Translations under genes and position numbers: made by a program | The notes under the pieces: generated by a model | The model's input: only the letters and a program-made list of their open reading frames with translations | Database searches by the model: none | What the model was told of the DNA's origin: nothing | Assembly (NCBI GenBank): GCA_034670305.1 | Contig: JAXMNT010000010.1 | Coordinates: forward strand, 32,001-96,000 | DNA length: 64,000 nt | DNA from: Deltaproteobacteria bacterium | GTDB taxonomy: Bacteria > Myxococcota_A > Polyangia > Polyangiales > Houyiibacteriaceae | Direction: 5' to 3' | Shown: piece after piece, positions 37,645-47,394 of the stretch | Layout of the letters: every line of letters begins with the position of its first letter | Position numbering within the stretch: the first letter of the stretch is position 1

Positions 37645-38984
37645 GACGAGGCTTCGACCGCGCGCACCGCGACTTCCGCGGCCTGCAGTGCGCCTTCCAA
37701 GTAGCCGGTGTACTCGGTCGCCTGCTCGGTTCCCGCGAAGTGGATCCGTGGCTCTGGTGCGCCGGCCAAGAGCCCCATCGCGCCGCTTCGACCCGCCGAG
37801 TTTGGCAGCAGTCCCACCGGGCACCCTCCGGTGAACGGTTCGGCGGCCCATGCTTGGGTGGTCATCTCGGTCGGGCGCGCGGCGTGCGGACCGAAGGCGC
37901 GCACGAGCGGGTCGAGCACCGCGCCCTCGGCAACCCGTGGCGCCATCGCGGCCAACCGCACCGCCGGCTCGCCCACCACAAACGCGACCAACGCGGGCTG
38001 CTGCAAGTCGTGGCTGCTCGCATCGAACGCGACGCTGACGATTCCGTCGGAGACGAGCTCGCCCGACAGACCGGCGTCGCGCCAGAACGCGCGCTCGTAG
38101 GTCAACAGAACTTTCGTGGTCGCACCCATTGCATAGTCGCGCAGCCGCTCCGCACGCGCGGACTGCAGCGGCGGGTCGAAGACGAGGGATTGCAGGGGGC
38201 GGGGTGGGAGCGCGACAACCACCTGATCGCAGGGGTACGCGACGTCATCGGTGCGCACGGTGATTCCGGAATCGCTGCGTTCGATCCGCCGCACCGCCGC
38301 CCCGAACCGAACGTCGAGGGCGTCTGCCAAACGATCGCTGAGCCCCTGGGCGCCACAAACGAACCGCGTCTGCTGCGCGCCACCCCGCGCTTCGGCGAGC
38401 GAGAGCAACCCTTCCCCCGCGTTCAGGTACGCGAGCCAGTAGAGCAGCCCCACGTCTTCGGGCTCGGCACCGAAGATGGTTCGGAACGCGGCGTCGAACA
38501 CGCCGCGCACCGAGTCGGGCACCCGGCCGCTCAGCGAGGCGACACTCGCCGCATCCATCCTTCGCTCGAGCCGGTTCAGCTCCGTGCGCAGCCCTTCGAA
38601 CGACACCTGCTGGCGCCAAAGATCCACCGCCGAGAGCAAGAGCTGCATGAACGCGAGGTCGGTGATCCGCAGCGAGGGGATCTCCCCGGCGTACTCGCTC
38701 CGCTGCGGATCTTTCCCGCCGCCCAGCAACAAGACTTTCCGACCATCGACGTGTTGTTCGAAGGTGTCGAGTCCGAGTTCACGGACCAGCGCGTGCATCC
38801 GCTTCTGGCGGGGTCCGATCCATTGGCCGCCGAGATCGAAGACGCCCCGGCCGATGGTTCGAGTGAGGGTCCTGCCGCCCACGCGGTCCCGCGCTTCGAG
38901 CACGACGACGTCGTGGCCCGCGCGCTGCAACGACCGGGCGGACGCCAGCCCCGACAGACCCGCACCCACCACCACCACCTTCAC
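37641..38984 (-). CDS. flavin monoamine oxidase family protein
   Basis: VVGAGLSGL...LEARDRVGGRT, DLGGQWIGP, IHFAGTE...GYLEGA. Confidence 0.9.
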   Translation of the reverse strand: MKVVVVGAGLSGLASARSLQRAGHDVVVLEARDRVGGRTLTRTIGRGVFDLGGQWIGPRQKRMHALVRELGLDTFEQHVDGRKVLLLGGGKDPQRSEYAGEIPSLRITDLAFMQLLLSAVDLWRQQVSFEGLRTELNRLERRMDAASVASLSGRVPDSVRGVFDAAFRTIFGAEPEDVGLLYWLAYLNAGEGLLSLAEARGGAQQTRFVCGAQGLSDRLADALDVRFGAAVRRIERSDSGITVRTDDVAYPCDQVVVALPPRPLQSLVFDPPLQSARAERLRDYAMGATTKVLLTYERAFWRDAGLSGELVSDGIVSVAFDASSHDLQQPALVAFVVGEPAVRLAAMAPRVAEGAVLDPLVRAFGPHAARPTEMTTQAWAAEPFTGGCPVGLLPNSAGRSGAMGLLAGAPEPRIHFAGTEQATEYTGYLEGALQAAEVAVRAVEASS

Positions 38985-39149
38985 GACGTCGGCCTCCCGA
39001 AGGTCCGCCCACCCACGCACGCGTGGTGTGGGGACCGCTTGGCGTCCATGAACATGCCCGCTTCGTCCATGGGCGCACGATGCCAGAAACGCACGGCCGC
39101 CGCCTGAGGTCGATTGCTGGCGCCGACTGCGGGACGCTATTCTGGTGGC

Positions 39150-40136
39150 ATGGCCGACTCTCCCGACCCTCCGCCGAGCCGGCCGACCCACCGGCCCTCC
39201 CTGCGGGAGCTGGAAGCCGCGCGAGCGCGCATCGACGGTCGGGCCCACCGCACGCCGGTGCTGACCTCCAGCACACTGGACCGCCTCTCCATGGCCACGC
39301 TCTTCTTCAAGTGCGAGAACTTCCAGCGAGGCGGCGCGTTCAAGTTCCGGGGCGCGTGCAACGCCGTGTTCGGTCTCAGCGACGAAGACGCCGCCCGCGG
39401 GGTCGCGACGCACTCGTCGGGGAACCACGGCCAAGCGCTCGCGCTCGCGGCACGCATGCGTGGGGTGAACGCGCACATCGTCATGCCGGAGAACGCGCCC
39501 GCGGCCAAACGCGCGGCGGTGCTCGAGTACGGCGGTCAGATCACCGAGTGCGCGCCAACACTGGAAGCGCGGGAGACGACGCTCGCCACGGTGGTCGCGC
39601 AAACCGGCGCCACGTTCGTGCATCCGTACGACGACACCCGCATCGTGGCCGGTCAGAGCACCGCCACCCGCGAGCTCCTCGAAGACGTGGCCGACCTCGA
39701 CCGCATCGTCGCGCCGGTCGGAGGCGGTGGCTTGCTCTCCGGTGCGGTGCTGAGCGCGCACCATTTCGGGCGGGGCGTGCTCGTCAGTGGCGCCGAGCCC
39801 AAGCTGGCCGACGACGCGCGGCGAGGTCTGAAACGCGGCGAGCGGCTGACGCCGAAACCACCCAAGACGATCGCCGATGGCCTGCGCACCGCGCTCAGTC
39901 CGCTGACGTTCGGCATCCTGCGTGCTGCGGACACGGCGATCGACGTGGTCTCCGAAGCGCAGATCGTCGATGCGACCCGGCTCGTCTGGGAACGCATGAA
40001 GATCGTGATCGAGCCCTCTGCGGCCGTGGCGATCGCGGTGGCGCTCACGACCGCATTTGCGGGCGAACGGGTCGGGATTCTCGTGTCGGGCGGCAACCTC
40101 GACCTCGACATACTTCCGTGGCAGCGCCCCGCGTGA
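39150..40136 (+). CDS. PLP-dependent serine/threonine dehydratase or serine racemase
   Basis: KCENFQRGGAFKFRGA, HSSGNHGQA, PVGGGGLLSG, SGGN. Confidence 0.9.
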   Translation: MADSPDPPPSRPTHRPSLRELEAARARIDGRAHRTPVLTSSTLDRLSMATLFFKCENFQRGGAFKFRGACNAVFGLSDEDAARGVATHSSGNHGQALALAARMRGVNAHIVMPENAPAAKRAAVLEYGGQITECAPTLEARETTLATVVAQTGATFVHPYDDTRIVAGQSTATRELLEDVADLDRIVAPVGGGGLLSGAVLSAHHFGRGVLVSGAEPKLADDARRGLKRGERLTPKPPKTIADGLRTALSPLTFGILRAADTAIDVVSEAQIVDATRLVWERMKIVIEPSAAVAIAVALTTAFAGERVGILVSGGNLDLDILPWQRPA

Positions 40137-40152
40137 TAGGCCGAAGACACCG

Positions 40153-40557
40153 ATGGACTACGACTACGGCTCACCGCACCAGAGTTACGACGGCCGGCCG
40201 ACGGAGCTGACGAACTTCGACAAGCTCGCCGTGAGCGTCTCTTGGTTCGGGGCGATCATCTTGATCGGGCTGCACTTCACGTTGGTGCCCACCTTTCGCA
40301 CCATGTACACCGGGCTCGACGATCTCGTGCCCGGCCTGACCAGGTTCGTGATGAACAAGGGCTTCGGCGTGTCGCTCGCGATGTTGATGACGTTCCTCGC
40401 CTACTACGGCGCCCGGATGCGGAAGCTCTACGACAACAAGCTCGCGTCGAACCTGCTCTTGCTCGCGATGCTCACCTCGCTCATCGCAAACGGCGCGCTC
40501 ATCTACGCGCTCTACTCACCGGCCGGCGCCAGCCTGAACTACCTCCGCGGCGGCTGA
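40153..40557 (+). CDS. small 3-TM membrane protein resembling the PilC/GspF central segment
   Basis: TM-VPTFRTMYTGLDDLVPGLTRFVM-TM pattern. Confidence 0.7.
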   Translation: MDYDYGSPHQSYDGRPTELTNFDKLAVSVSWFGAIILIGLHFTLVPTFRTMYTGLDDLVPGLTRFVMNKGFGVSLAMLMTFLAYYGARMRKLYDNKLASNLLLLAMLTSLIANGALIYALYSPAGASLNYLRGG

Positions 40558-40595
40558 CTCGCTCGGCGACTCGGCGGGCGCTGACTCGCTCGCCC

Positions 40596-40652
40596 CAAGG
40601 GCAAGGGCAGGGGCAAGGGCAGGGGCAAGGGAGCAGGCGCTTGCGCCCTGCT
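40596..40652. repeat. (GGGCAA/GGGCAG)n tract with terminal hairpin
   Basis: Five hexamer units followed by AGCAGG...CCTGCT, between convergent genes. Confidence 0.75.
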
Positions 40653-41343
40653 AGTTCCCGATGCGGGTGATGCGGATCGGGGCTTGGCGCATGCGGCGGC
40701 GGCGGCGGCGCATCGTGGGCGGGGCTTCGACTTCGAAGTTCTGGGCGAGCACGAAGAGGTCGTCGTTGCCCTGGAACTGGAAGGTCGTGCTCGGGTTGGC
40801 CGGACGCATGCGCATGTTGGCCGAGGTGTCGAGCTGCATGCGGAAGACGCGGGGCGCGTTGCTGGTCATCTGGACGATGTGCGCGATGCCCGCGGAGTTG
40901 GTGCGGGCGACTTCTTCACCATCGATCTTCACAGGGAGGCCTTCGTGTCCGTTCGTGTGGACCACGAACGCGACGGTGCGCTCGGCCGGCGGGCAGTCGA
41001 GTTTCATGTGCAGTCCGATGCGGGCGTCTTCGGTGAGCGCGCGGAACGAATGCAAACGCAGCATCTTCGGGGCGTCGGGCTGAAGGTGTCCGGTCGGACA
41101 CTCGTAGGTGATCTCGACCCCCACGCCTTCGGGTCCGCGCAATGTCGTCTGAACCAACCCATCGTCGTCGGAGAGACCGACCTCGTTGCCGTTCGCGCGA
41201 ACCATCACCCCACCGAGCGCGACGCCTTCGTCGGCTTCGGCCGCGAAGGTCACGGAGAAGCTGGGAAGTTCATCCGCCCGCTGCGAACCGCCACAGGCGA
41301 GCGCGGGGACAAGGAGGAAGACAGAGACGAGAGAACGGTTCAT
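40651..41343 (-). CDS. hypothetical lipoprotein (distal end of Tad locus)
   Basis: Lipobox ALAC; two beta-rich repeats; poly-Arg C-terminus. Confidence 0.75.
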   Translation of the reverse strand: MNRSLVSVFLLVPALACGGSQRADELPSFSVTFAAEADEGVALGGVMVRANGNEVGLSDDDGLVQTTLRGPEGVGVEITYECPTGHLQPDAPKMLRLHSFRALTEDARIGLHMKLDCPPAERTVAFVVHTNGHEGLPVKIDGEEVARTNSAGIAHIVQMTSNAPRVFRMQLDTSANMRMRPANPSTTFQFQGNDDLFVLAQNFEVEAPPTMRRRRRRMRQAPIRITRIGN

Positions 41344-41386
41344 CCCGACAAGAATGCCGAAGATCGTCCAAGGCCGCCAGTCTCCC

Positions 41387-42796
41387 TCACCTCATCTTGG
41401 CGCGGAGCACGACGATCATCTGGGCGTAGGTCGCGTTGCCGGCGTTCTCTTCGGCGAGCCGCTGGTAGAACGCGAGCGCGTGCGGGTGGTTGTTGTTGAC
41501 GACCAGCTCGGCAGCACGCGACTCGAGCGCGATCCGAACCCGGTCCCGCGCGAATGCTTCCAGCTGTTCGGGCGTGGTGTCTTCGGGCAGCCCTTCGGCG
41601 GTGGCGGCGCGGGCACGCTCGACGATCGCGGTCATCGCGGGCTCCACGGTGGTGCGCACCGCAGCCTCGCGTTCCTCCCGCTGTGCGCGAATCGCCTCGT
41701 TGGCGGCGCGCCTCTCCTGCGCCGCGATTTCGGCCTGCTGCTCCTGCATCTGCGCCCGCTGAATCACGGCGGCAGCGTACGCGGCTTCGTCTTCCTGGCT
41801 CTGCTTGTAGCTCACGATCGAGACGCCGACGATGGTCACGAGCACAGTCACGCCGAGCAGAATGAGGGTCCGCCGCGGGGGTAGCTCGAGCCCACTGCTC
41901 GGCGCGCTGCCGTCCGGGATGGGCGGCATCGCGAACTTCTTCGCTTCTTCGGCGGCTGCGCTCATGTCCATGCCGCGCGGAATGATGTCGGTGCTCGCGG
42001 GCGACCCCATCAAGGTCGGTCGCTGGTCCCCCATCGTCCCGCTGCCGACACCGATTCCAGGCGCGAGCGCGGGACCGGGCGGTGGCGGCGGCCTCGAAGG
42101 CGGCAACCCGAACGCTTCGGTGTCGAGGATCTGCGTGTGCATCTCGCCGTGGGGGGCCGCTGGTGCATCCGACCCGCCACCGCCGAACAGCGGTCCAACG
42201 GTCGGTGCGCCGAGTCTCGGCACATCCCCGGCCTTGCCACTGCCGCCGCCGAACACGGGGCGAGGCAGCGCGGCGCTCGGCGCCTCGAGCATCCGGGTGG
42301 ATTCGCCGTCGAGTGGGTTGTCGAGCGGGTTGTCACCCGGCGCAAGCATCTGGGTCGCGTCGTCGTCGTCGAACGCGCCGATCTCTGGGACCGGCGGCGG
42401 CACGGCGGGCATCGCCTGGGACTGAGCGCCGGGCGCCGCCGCAGGTGCGCCACCGGGCATGGCGATCGACTGCGAACTCTCCACCATCAGCGCAGCGCGT
42501 CCGAACTCGATGCGGCACGTGCCCGCGAGCTGCCGCCAGGACTGCACGCGTTCGCCATCGACCGTCATGTTCCCGGAGGTCGGGGGCGAGACCCACAAGC
42601 TGGTCCCGTCCCAGTACAGCTCGAAGTGCACCGGCAGCACGCCGTCGGCCTGGATGATCCAGCCGGCCGGAGGCGAGGATCCAACCGTGACGCGGGCCTC
42701 GGGGACTGCGCTGGAGAGATCCCACGTGCCGGCGGTGGAGTCGCCCTGCGCGAGCTGCACGCGAGCCCATTGCGAAGGTGTGGGGACCGGACCCAT
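41387..42796 (-). CDS. membrane-anchored protein with degenerate FHA domain
   Basis: FHA-like N-terminus (VTVGS...VLPVH...IEFG), Pro-rich linker, one TM, coiled-coil/TPR-like C-terminus. Confidence 0.75.
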   Translation of the reverse strand: MGPVPTPSQWARVQLAQGDSTAGTWDLSSAVPEARVTVGSSPPAGWIIQADGVLPVHFELYWDGTSLWVSPPTSGNMTVDGERVQSWRQLAGTCRIEFGRAALMVESSQSIAMPGGAPAAAPGAQSQAMPAVPPPVPEIGAFDDDDATQMLAPGDNPLDNPLDGESTRMLEAPSAALPRPVFGGGSGKAGDVPRLGAPTVGPLFGGGGSDAPAAPHGEMHTQILDTEAFGLPPSRPPPPPGPALAPGIGVGSGTMGDQRPTLMGSPASTDIIPRGMDMSAAAEEAKKFAMPPIPDGSAPSSGLELPPRRTLILLGVTVLVTIVGVSIVSYKQSQEDEAAYAAAVIQRAQMQEQQAEIAAQERRAANEAIRAQREEREAAVRTTVEPAMTAIVERARAATAEGLPEDTTPEQLEAFARDRVRIALESRAAELVVNNNHPHALAFYQRLAEENAGNATYAQMIVVLRAKMR

Positions 42797-42865
42797 GGCG
42801 GTCAGTACCTTAGCAGAACGTGGAACAAGTCACGGATTTCTTTGCAGACGATCACAGGGCGAACG

Positions 42866-44017
42866 CTAGTGGGAAGCCATGGGAGACGGCTCTCCGCCTT
42901 CGTCGATGGGGTTCTGCGCGGCGGCGTAGACCGCGGGCGGCAGTTCGTGGCCGAGGGCGCGGATCATCTCCAGGCAACCTGGGATGCGACCGGTCGGGAC
43001 GAACTCGGAGATGACTTTGCCCTCAGGATCGCGCCCGTGGTAGCGGCGGATGAAGACGTTGCCGAGCTGGTAGCCGTGCTCGAGGTGGTACCCGAGCACT
43101 TCGGTGATGTGGGTGACACATCGAGAGCCGTCGAGGAGTCGGGTGGTCTGCACGATGAAGTTGATCGCAGAGGCGATCTGGGCGCGCATCGCGACGAGCG
43201 GGATCTCGACATCGCTCATCATCGCCATGGTCTCGAGGCGGTTGAGCGTGTCGATCGGGTAGGTCGCATGAACGGTGCTCAGACAGCCACCGTGACCAGA
43301 CGTCATCGCCTGGATCAACTCGAGCGCTTCGCCGGAACGAATCTCACCGACGACGATGCGGTCTGGCCGCATTCGGAGGGTCGCCTTGAAGAGGTCGCGA
43401 ATCGTCACCTGTCCGCGTCCGCGTGGGTCGGGCGGCTGTGCTTCCATCTGCACGATGTGCGGCATCTGCAGCTGCAGCTCGCGCGCATCTTCGATGATGA
43501 CCACCCGCTCGTCGTCCCCCGCAAACGACGACAGACAGTTGAGGAGCGAGGTCTTGCCCGAGCCGGTGCCGCCCGCGACGATGATGTTTTGTTTGCAGGC
43601 CACCAGTGCCTGCATGACCTGGGCTGCGTCTTGCGTGAAGCTGCCAAAACTCAGCAGCTTCTCGATGGTCAGGGTGTCCTTGAAGAAACGACGAATCGCG
43701 ACGCTCGGCCCATCGGGCGATGCGGGCGGGATGACCGCTTCGACGCGGGAGCCATCCGGCAGGCGGGCTTCGAGAATTGGGTTCTCTTCGTTCAGTTGTC
43801 GGCCGACGAACTGCGAGAGGTTGCGCAGTGCGCTCATCAGCGCCTCGCGGGATGGAAACTTCGCGTCGGTCTTGTAGAGCCGTCCGCTCTTCTCGATGAA
43901 GATCTCGTCGGGCCCGTTGATCATGATCTCCGAGACACCCGCATCGTCCATGAACGGCCGGATGGGATCGAAGAACTTCAAGATCGTCTGTTCGAAGACT
44001 TCGCGCGGAATGGTCAT
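42866..44017 (-). CDS. cpaF: CpaF/TadA family ATPase, second copy with short N-terminus
   Basis: ARLPDGSRV; Walker [40 protein letters not shown]. Confidence 0.9.
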   Translation of the reverse strand: MTIPREVFEQTILKFFDPIRPFMDDAGVSEIMINGPDEIFIEKSGRLYKTDAKFPSREALMSALRNLSQFVGRQLNEENPILEARLPDGSRVEAVIPPASPDGPSVAIRRFFKDTLTIEKLLSFGSFTQDAAQVMQALVACKQNIIVAGGTGSGKTSLLNCLSSFAGDDERVVIIEDARELQLQMPHIVQMEAQPPDPRGRGQVTIRDLFKATLRMRPDRIVVGEIRSGEALELIQAMTSGHGGCLSTVHATYPIDTLNRLETMAMMSDVEIPLVAMRAQIASAINFIVQTTRLLDGSRCVTHITEVLGYHLEHGYQLGNVFIRRYHGRDPEGKVISEFVPTGRIPGCLEMIRALGHELPPAVYAAAQNPIDEGGEPSPMASH

Positions 44018-44718
44018 GAGCCTTGGCCTTGTGGCAGATCGCTGCCCGGGGGTGGGGGGTGGTGCGCCTCTGGGGTCCGCTGGAAGTTCTCGAGGTGTTC
44101 GATGCGTTCGATGCGCTCGATGCGATCGGTCTGAGGGCTCACCGGAAAGGGTGCGATCGTCGGGGTCAACGCGGCGCGGACTTCTTCCGCGTGCGACCCC
44201 TCGGGGGCGAGCTCGAGGTACCGCTCGAGAAGCGGGCGGCTCGCCGCCACGTTCTGCAGTGTGTCCCGGTGCAACATGCCGAGGGTGTAGTAGGGCACCG
44301 GCATCTCCGGCACCGCCGCGATGACCTTCTCGAGCTCTTCGCGCGCTTCCGGAATGTTGCCGAGCCCGATCTGGATCGTGGCGACCAGATAACGAAGCGC
44401 CCAGTCGTTCGGGTGGTCGGAGAGGTAGGGCTGGGCGTAGTGCAGGGCGGAGGCCAGACGCGCGGAAGCGATGCAGACCCGCAGCAACATCGGCATCGCC
44501 TCGGCCACCGGGTAGCCGCGTTCGATCGCGGCGGTGATGTACTGCTCAGCGCGCACATGGTCGCCCCGCTGCGCCAGACCCACCGCGTGGTTGTAGAGGT
44601 CCGTGCCTTCCACATCGTCGAGCGGGTCCGGCATGGGTTGTCGGCCTCCGCCGTTGAGGGGCGGGCCACAAGCGGCGGCAAGTCCGAGCGCCAGGGCGAG
44701 GGGAATGAGCACGCGCAT
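44014..44718 (-). CDS. TPR lipoprotein (candidate TadD-like pilotin)
   Basis: Lipobox AAAC; TPR helices (YYTLG...YLELAP); ATGA-coupled to the ATPase. Confidence 0.75.
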   Translation of the reverse strand: MRVLIPLALALGLAAACGPPLNGGGRQPMPDPLDDVEGTDLYNHAVGLAQRGDHVRAEQYITAAIERGYPVAEAMPMLLRVCIASARLASALHYAQPYLSDHPNDWALRYLVATIQIGLGNIPEAREELEKVIAAVPEMPVPYYTLGMLHRDTLQNVAASRPLLERYLELAPEGSHAEEVRAALTPTIAPFPVSPQTDRIERIERIEHLENFQRTPEAHHPPPPGSDLPQGQGS

Positions 44719-44818
44719 CAGCGGGCACTATGCCGTGCGCGGCCAGCTGGATCCAGCGCTGCGGTGTGGGTGGGCTCGGCAGGATGGGAGGCCGGCGGAG
44801 GCTTCGACTCTTCCAGCC

Positions 44819-45406
44819 TCAGGCCCGTTGTTCTGCGTTCGGGGCTTGCTCTTCGCGGAGCAAGGGCTGCGCAAATTTCTCCGGGTACTTGCCCTTTTTG
44901 TCCGCGTAAAACGCACGGATCACATCCATGTCCGCGGAGATGTCGCCGGTCGGCCGAAGCGCCGGGCCGAAACCGCCTCGTTTCCGCGCGTAGTCGAGGT
45001 AGCCGAGGATGATCGGGACGTCCGCGCCCTCCGCGATGCGGTAGAAGCCCGACTTCCAGTATTCGACGCGACCCCGGGTTCCTTCCGCGGGCACCATGAG
45101 GATGAGGCCTTCGCTCGCTTCGAAGAGATCGCACATCTGCTGGACAGTGTTCCGGCGTTCGGAGCGTACGATCGGCACCCCGCCCCAGGCCTTCATCAGC
45201 CAGCCGAACGGGGGTTTGAAGATGGACTGTTTGCCCATCCACTTGATCTCGATCCCGTAGACGTACGCCAGCGCGAGCATGAGGGGCAGATCCCAGTTGG
45301 TCGTGTGGGGCGCGGCGATCATCACCGCCTTGGGTTCTGGGGAGAGCTCCCCTTCCTCTTTCCAGCCCATGGTGGTGAGAAGGAGTCGTCCGATGACCTT
45401 GCGCAT
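44819..45406 (-). CDS. lysophospholipid acyltransferase (PlsC-like)
   Basis: PHTTNWD (HxxxxD), AEGTR, WKSGFY. Confidence 0.9.
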   Translation of the reverse strand: MRKVIGRLLLTTMGWKEEGELSPEPKAVMIAAPHTTNWDLPLMLALAYVYGIEIKWMGKQSIFKPPFGWLMKAWGGVPIVRSERRNTVQQMCDLFEASEGLILMVPAEGTRGRVEYWKSGFYRIAEGADVPIILGYLDYARKRGGFGPALRPTGDISADMDVIRAFYADKKGKYPEKFAQPLLREEQAPNAEQRA

Positions 45407-45529
45407 GGGGCAATCCTAGTACGAAACCAACGGGGGTCGCCGGTCATCGTTCCGTCACACCTGGCACCTGCGAGAAGAGCCCCGAGGTCTGGACCTCGAG
45501 GCTCGATTCTTTCCCGCGCTTGAGGCGCC

Positions 45530-46420
45530 CTACTCTGCGGTCCGGGTGTCCGCCTCACGCTCGTGCTGCGCCTGCGCGATGCGACGCGAGCGAACCAGGT
45601 AGTCGACGAAGGGATGCGGCTCCTCTTCGCCTTCCTGCAGATGTTCCGTGAGCTGCAGCAGCGCCGTGGTCTCGATCACCACCCGTTCCCAGTCGGCGAC
45701 CTCACGGGCATGGTGCAAACGAAGCCGGCGGGCGGCGTAATCTGCGTTGATCTGGTCGCGGAGGGTCGCCGCCGCGGCGGTCATCTCGGGCACCCGAGAG
45801 GCGTCCTCGCCACCGGCCGCCGCGTAACACGCGCGGGCCTGATCGTAGAGCGTCACGGCGGACACTCCGTCGCGCAGGTTGTAGCGGTAGCGGTCTCCGC
45901 GGCTGTGGGCGCTGTACTCGAGGTCGCGCGCCTCGCTCCCGGGCGGACAGGTCGCGTCTCCGAGGTCTCCGAAGAGGATGGGTGCGTCTTCGACCGGCGG
46001 TTCGGGCAACGACGACATGGTGTCCTGCGTCAGCAGGTAGCCACAGATGCCGATGCCGAGCACACCGGCGATCGCGATGACGGGGCTGACGCCGCCCTCT
46101 TTGCCGCCCTTCTTGTCGCCACGTTTGTTCGTGACGCGGACCCGCAGCGAACCAATGGCGAACTCGGCCCCCCACGGGACCATGCCGCTGTTGAACGCTT
46201 TGCCCTTGTACTTGGTCGGGGTGAGCGCGCCCTGTGAGGTCGAGACCCAGCACCCTTCTTTGCCGCGCGGTGCGATCAGAAGGTGTTCGAGTTCCAGCTC
46301 GGCCGCAGCCGGGATCGAGACGCCTGCGGTACCGGACTTGCCGACCGTGATCTGAGCGCCTTCGATTGGAAAACGTTCTTGCGTGCCGTCCTCTTTGACG
46401 ACTTCGACGAAAGCATCCAT
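45530..46420 (-). CDS. membrane-anchored protein with degenerate FHA domain
   Basis: ITVGKS...ELELEH...FAIGS FHA-like pattern, one TM, helical C-domain. Confidence 0.7.
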   Translation of the reverse strand: MDAFVEVVKEDGTQERFPIEGAQITVGKSGTAGVSIPAAAELELEHLLIAPRGKEGCWVSTSQGALTPTKYKGKAFNSGMVPWGAEFAIGSLRVRVTNKRGDKKGGKEGGVSPVIAIAGVLGIGICGYLLTQDTMSSLPEPPVEDAPILFGDLGDATCPPGSEARDLEYSAHSRGDRYRYNLRDGVSAVTLYDQARACYAAAGGEDASRVPEMTAAAATLRDQINADYAARRLRLHHAREVADWERVVIETTALLQLTEHLQEGEEEPHPFVDYLVRSRRIAQAQHEREADTRTAE

Positions 46421-46491
46421 CGGGGTTCCTTAACTGCCACCACCGAGAAGGTGGAGTGGGGTGGTGCGTGCGTCCTTCATGCGTGCGTCCT

Positions 46492-47394
46492 TCACAGGCC
46501 GGTGCTCAACCACTTGACCACGAAGGGTCCGAGCAGGAGAAGAAGGATGCAAACGAACATCATCATGAGGGGGCCCATCATCATCAGGCCCGCTTTGGCT
46601 GCCGATTCCTCGGCGCGGACACTGCGGCGCATGCGCAACATCCGGGCCTGAATCATGAGCACTTCCGCGAGTGGGGTGCCCTTCGCTTCCGCCTGAACGA
46701 CGGTGCCGACGAAGTCTTTGACCGCTTCGATCGGGACCCGCTCGGCGAGTCCTTCGAGCGCTTTGCGGCGCGTGTGGCCGAGCTCGAGTTCCTGAAGGAT
46801 GCGGGTCAGCTCTTCGACCAACACCGCATCGCGCGAGCTCGACTTCTCGACGATCTGGCGGAGCGCGCCCGGAAAGTCGAGGCCGGCACCCATACACAGA
46901 GACGCGAGGTCGATGGCGGTCGGGAGCGAGCGGCTCACGGAGAGCTGCCGTTCCGTCGCGACGCCGGTGATCTGCATCCACGGAAGGTAGGCCCCGAGCA
47001 GGAACGCGAAGATCGGGATGAGCGTGGGGAAGCCGCCCAGATACATCATCGCGACGCCGGTTCCGGCCATCATGACCGCGGAGACGACCGAGAGTCCGAG
47101 CACGTCGTTCGCGCTCAGTCCGAGGTAGTCGCCCGCGTACGTGATCTGCGCCTGAACGGCCTGGCGCGTCTTCGGGATCGGCAGTCCGGACATCCACCCC
47201 GACACGAGCCGCATGCCGGGCTCGACCGTCTTGAAGAGGCCGCCCTCTTCGAGCGCCTTCATGCGCTTGAAGCCCTTGCCACCGAGCTCGGGCCGCTCCG
47301 CGGGTGGGTTGCGGCCGAGGATGAACGCCAGGACGAAGAGCCCCACGCCGATGCAGACAAGCGCTGCGTAGCCGAATACCTGTGCAGGAGGCAT
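46492..47394 (-). CDS. tadC: Tad inner-membrane platform protein TadC
   Basis: LPTAIDL...AGL, ELELG...AL, QAEAKGTPL, AEESAAK. Confidence 0.85.
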   Translation of the reverse strand: MPPAQVFGYAALVCIGVGLFVLAFILGRNPPAERPELGGKGFKRMKALEEGGLFKTVEPGMRLVSGWMSGLPIPKTRQAVQAQITYAGDYLGLSANDVLGLSVVSAVMMAGTGVAMMYLGGFPTLIPIFAFLLGAYLPWMQITGVATERQLSVSRSLPTAIDLASLCMGAGLDFPGALRQIVEKSSSRDAVLVEELTRILQELELGHTRRKALEGLAERVPIEAVKDFVGTVVQAEAKGTPLAEVLMIQARMLRMRRSVRAEESAAKAGLMMMGPLMMMFVCILLLLLGPFVVKWLSTGL

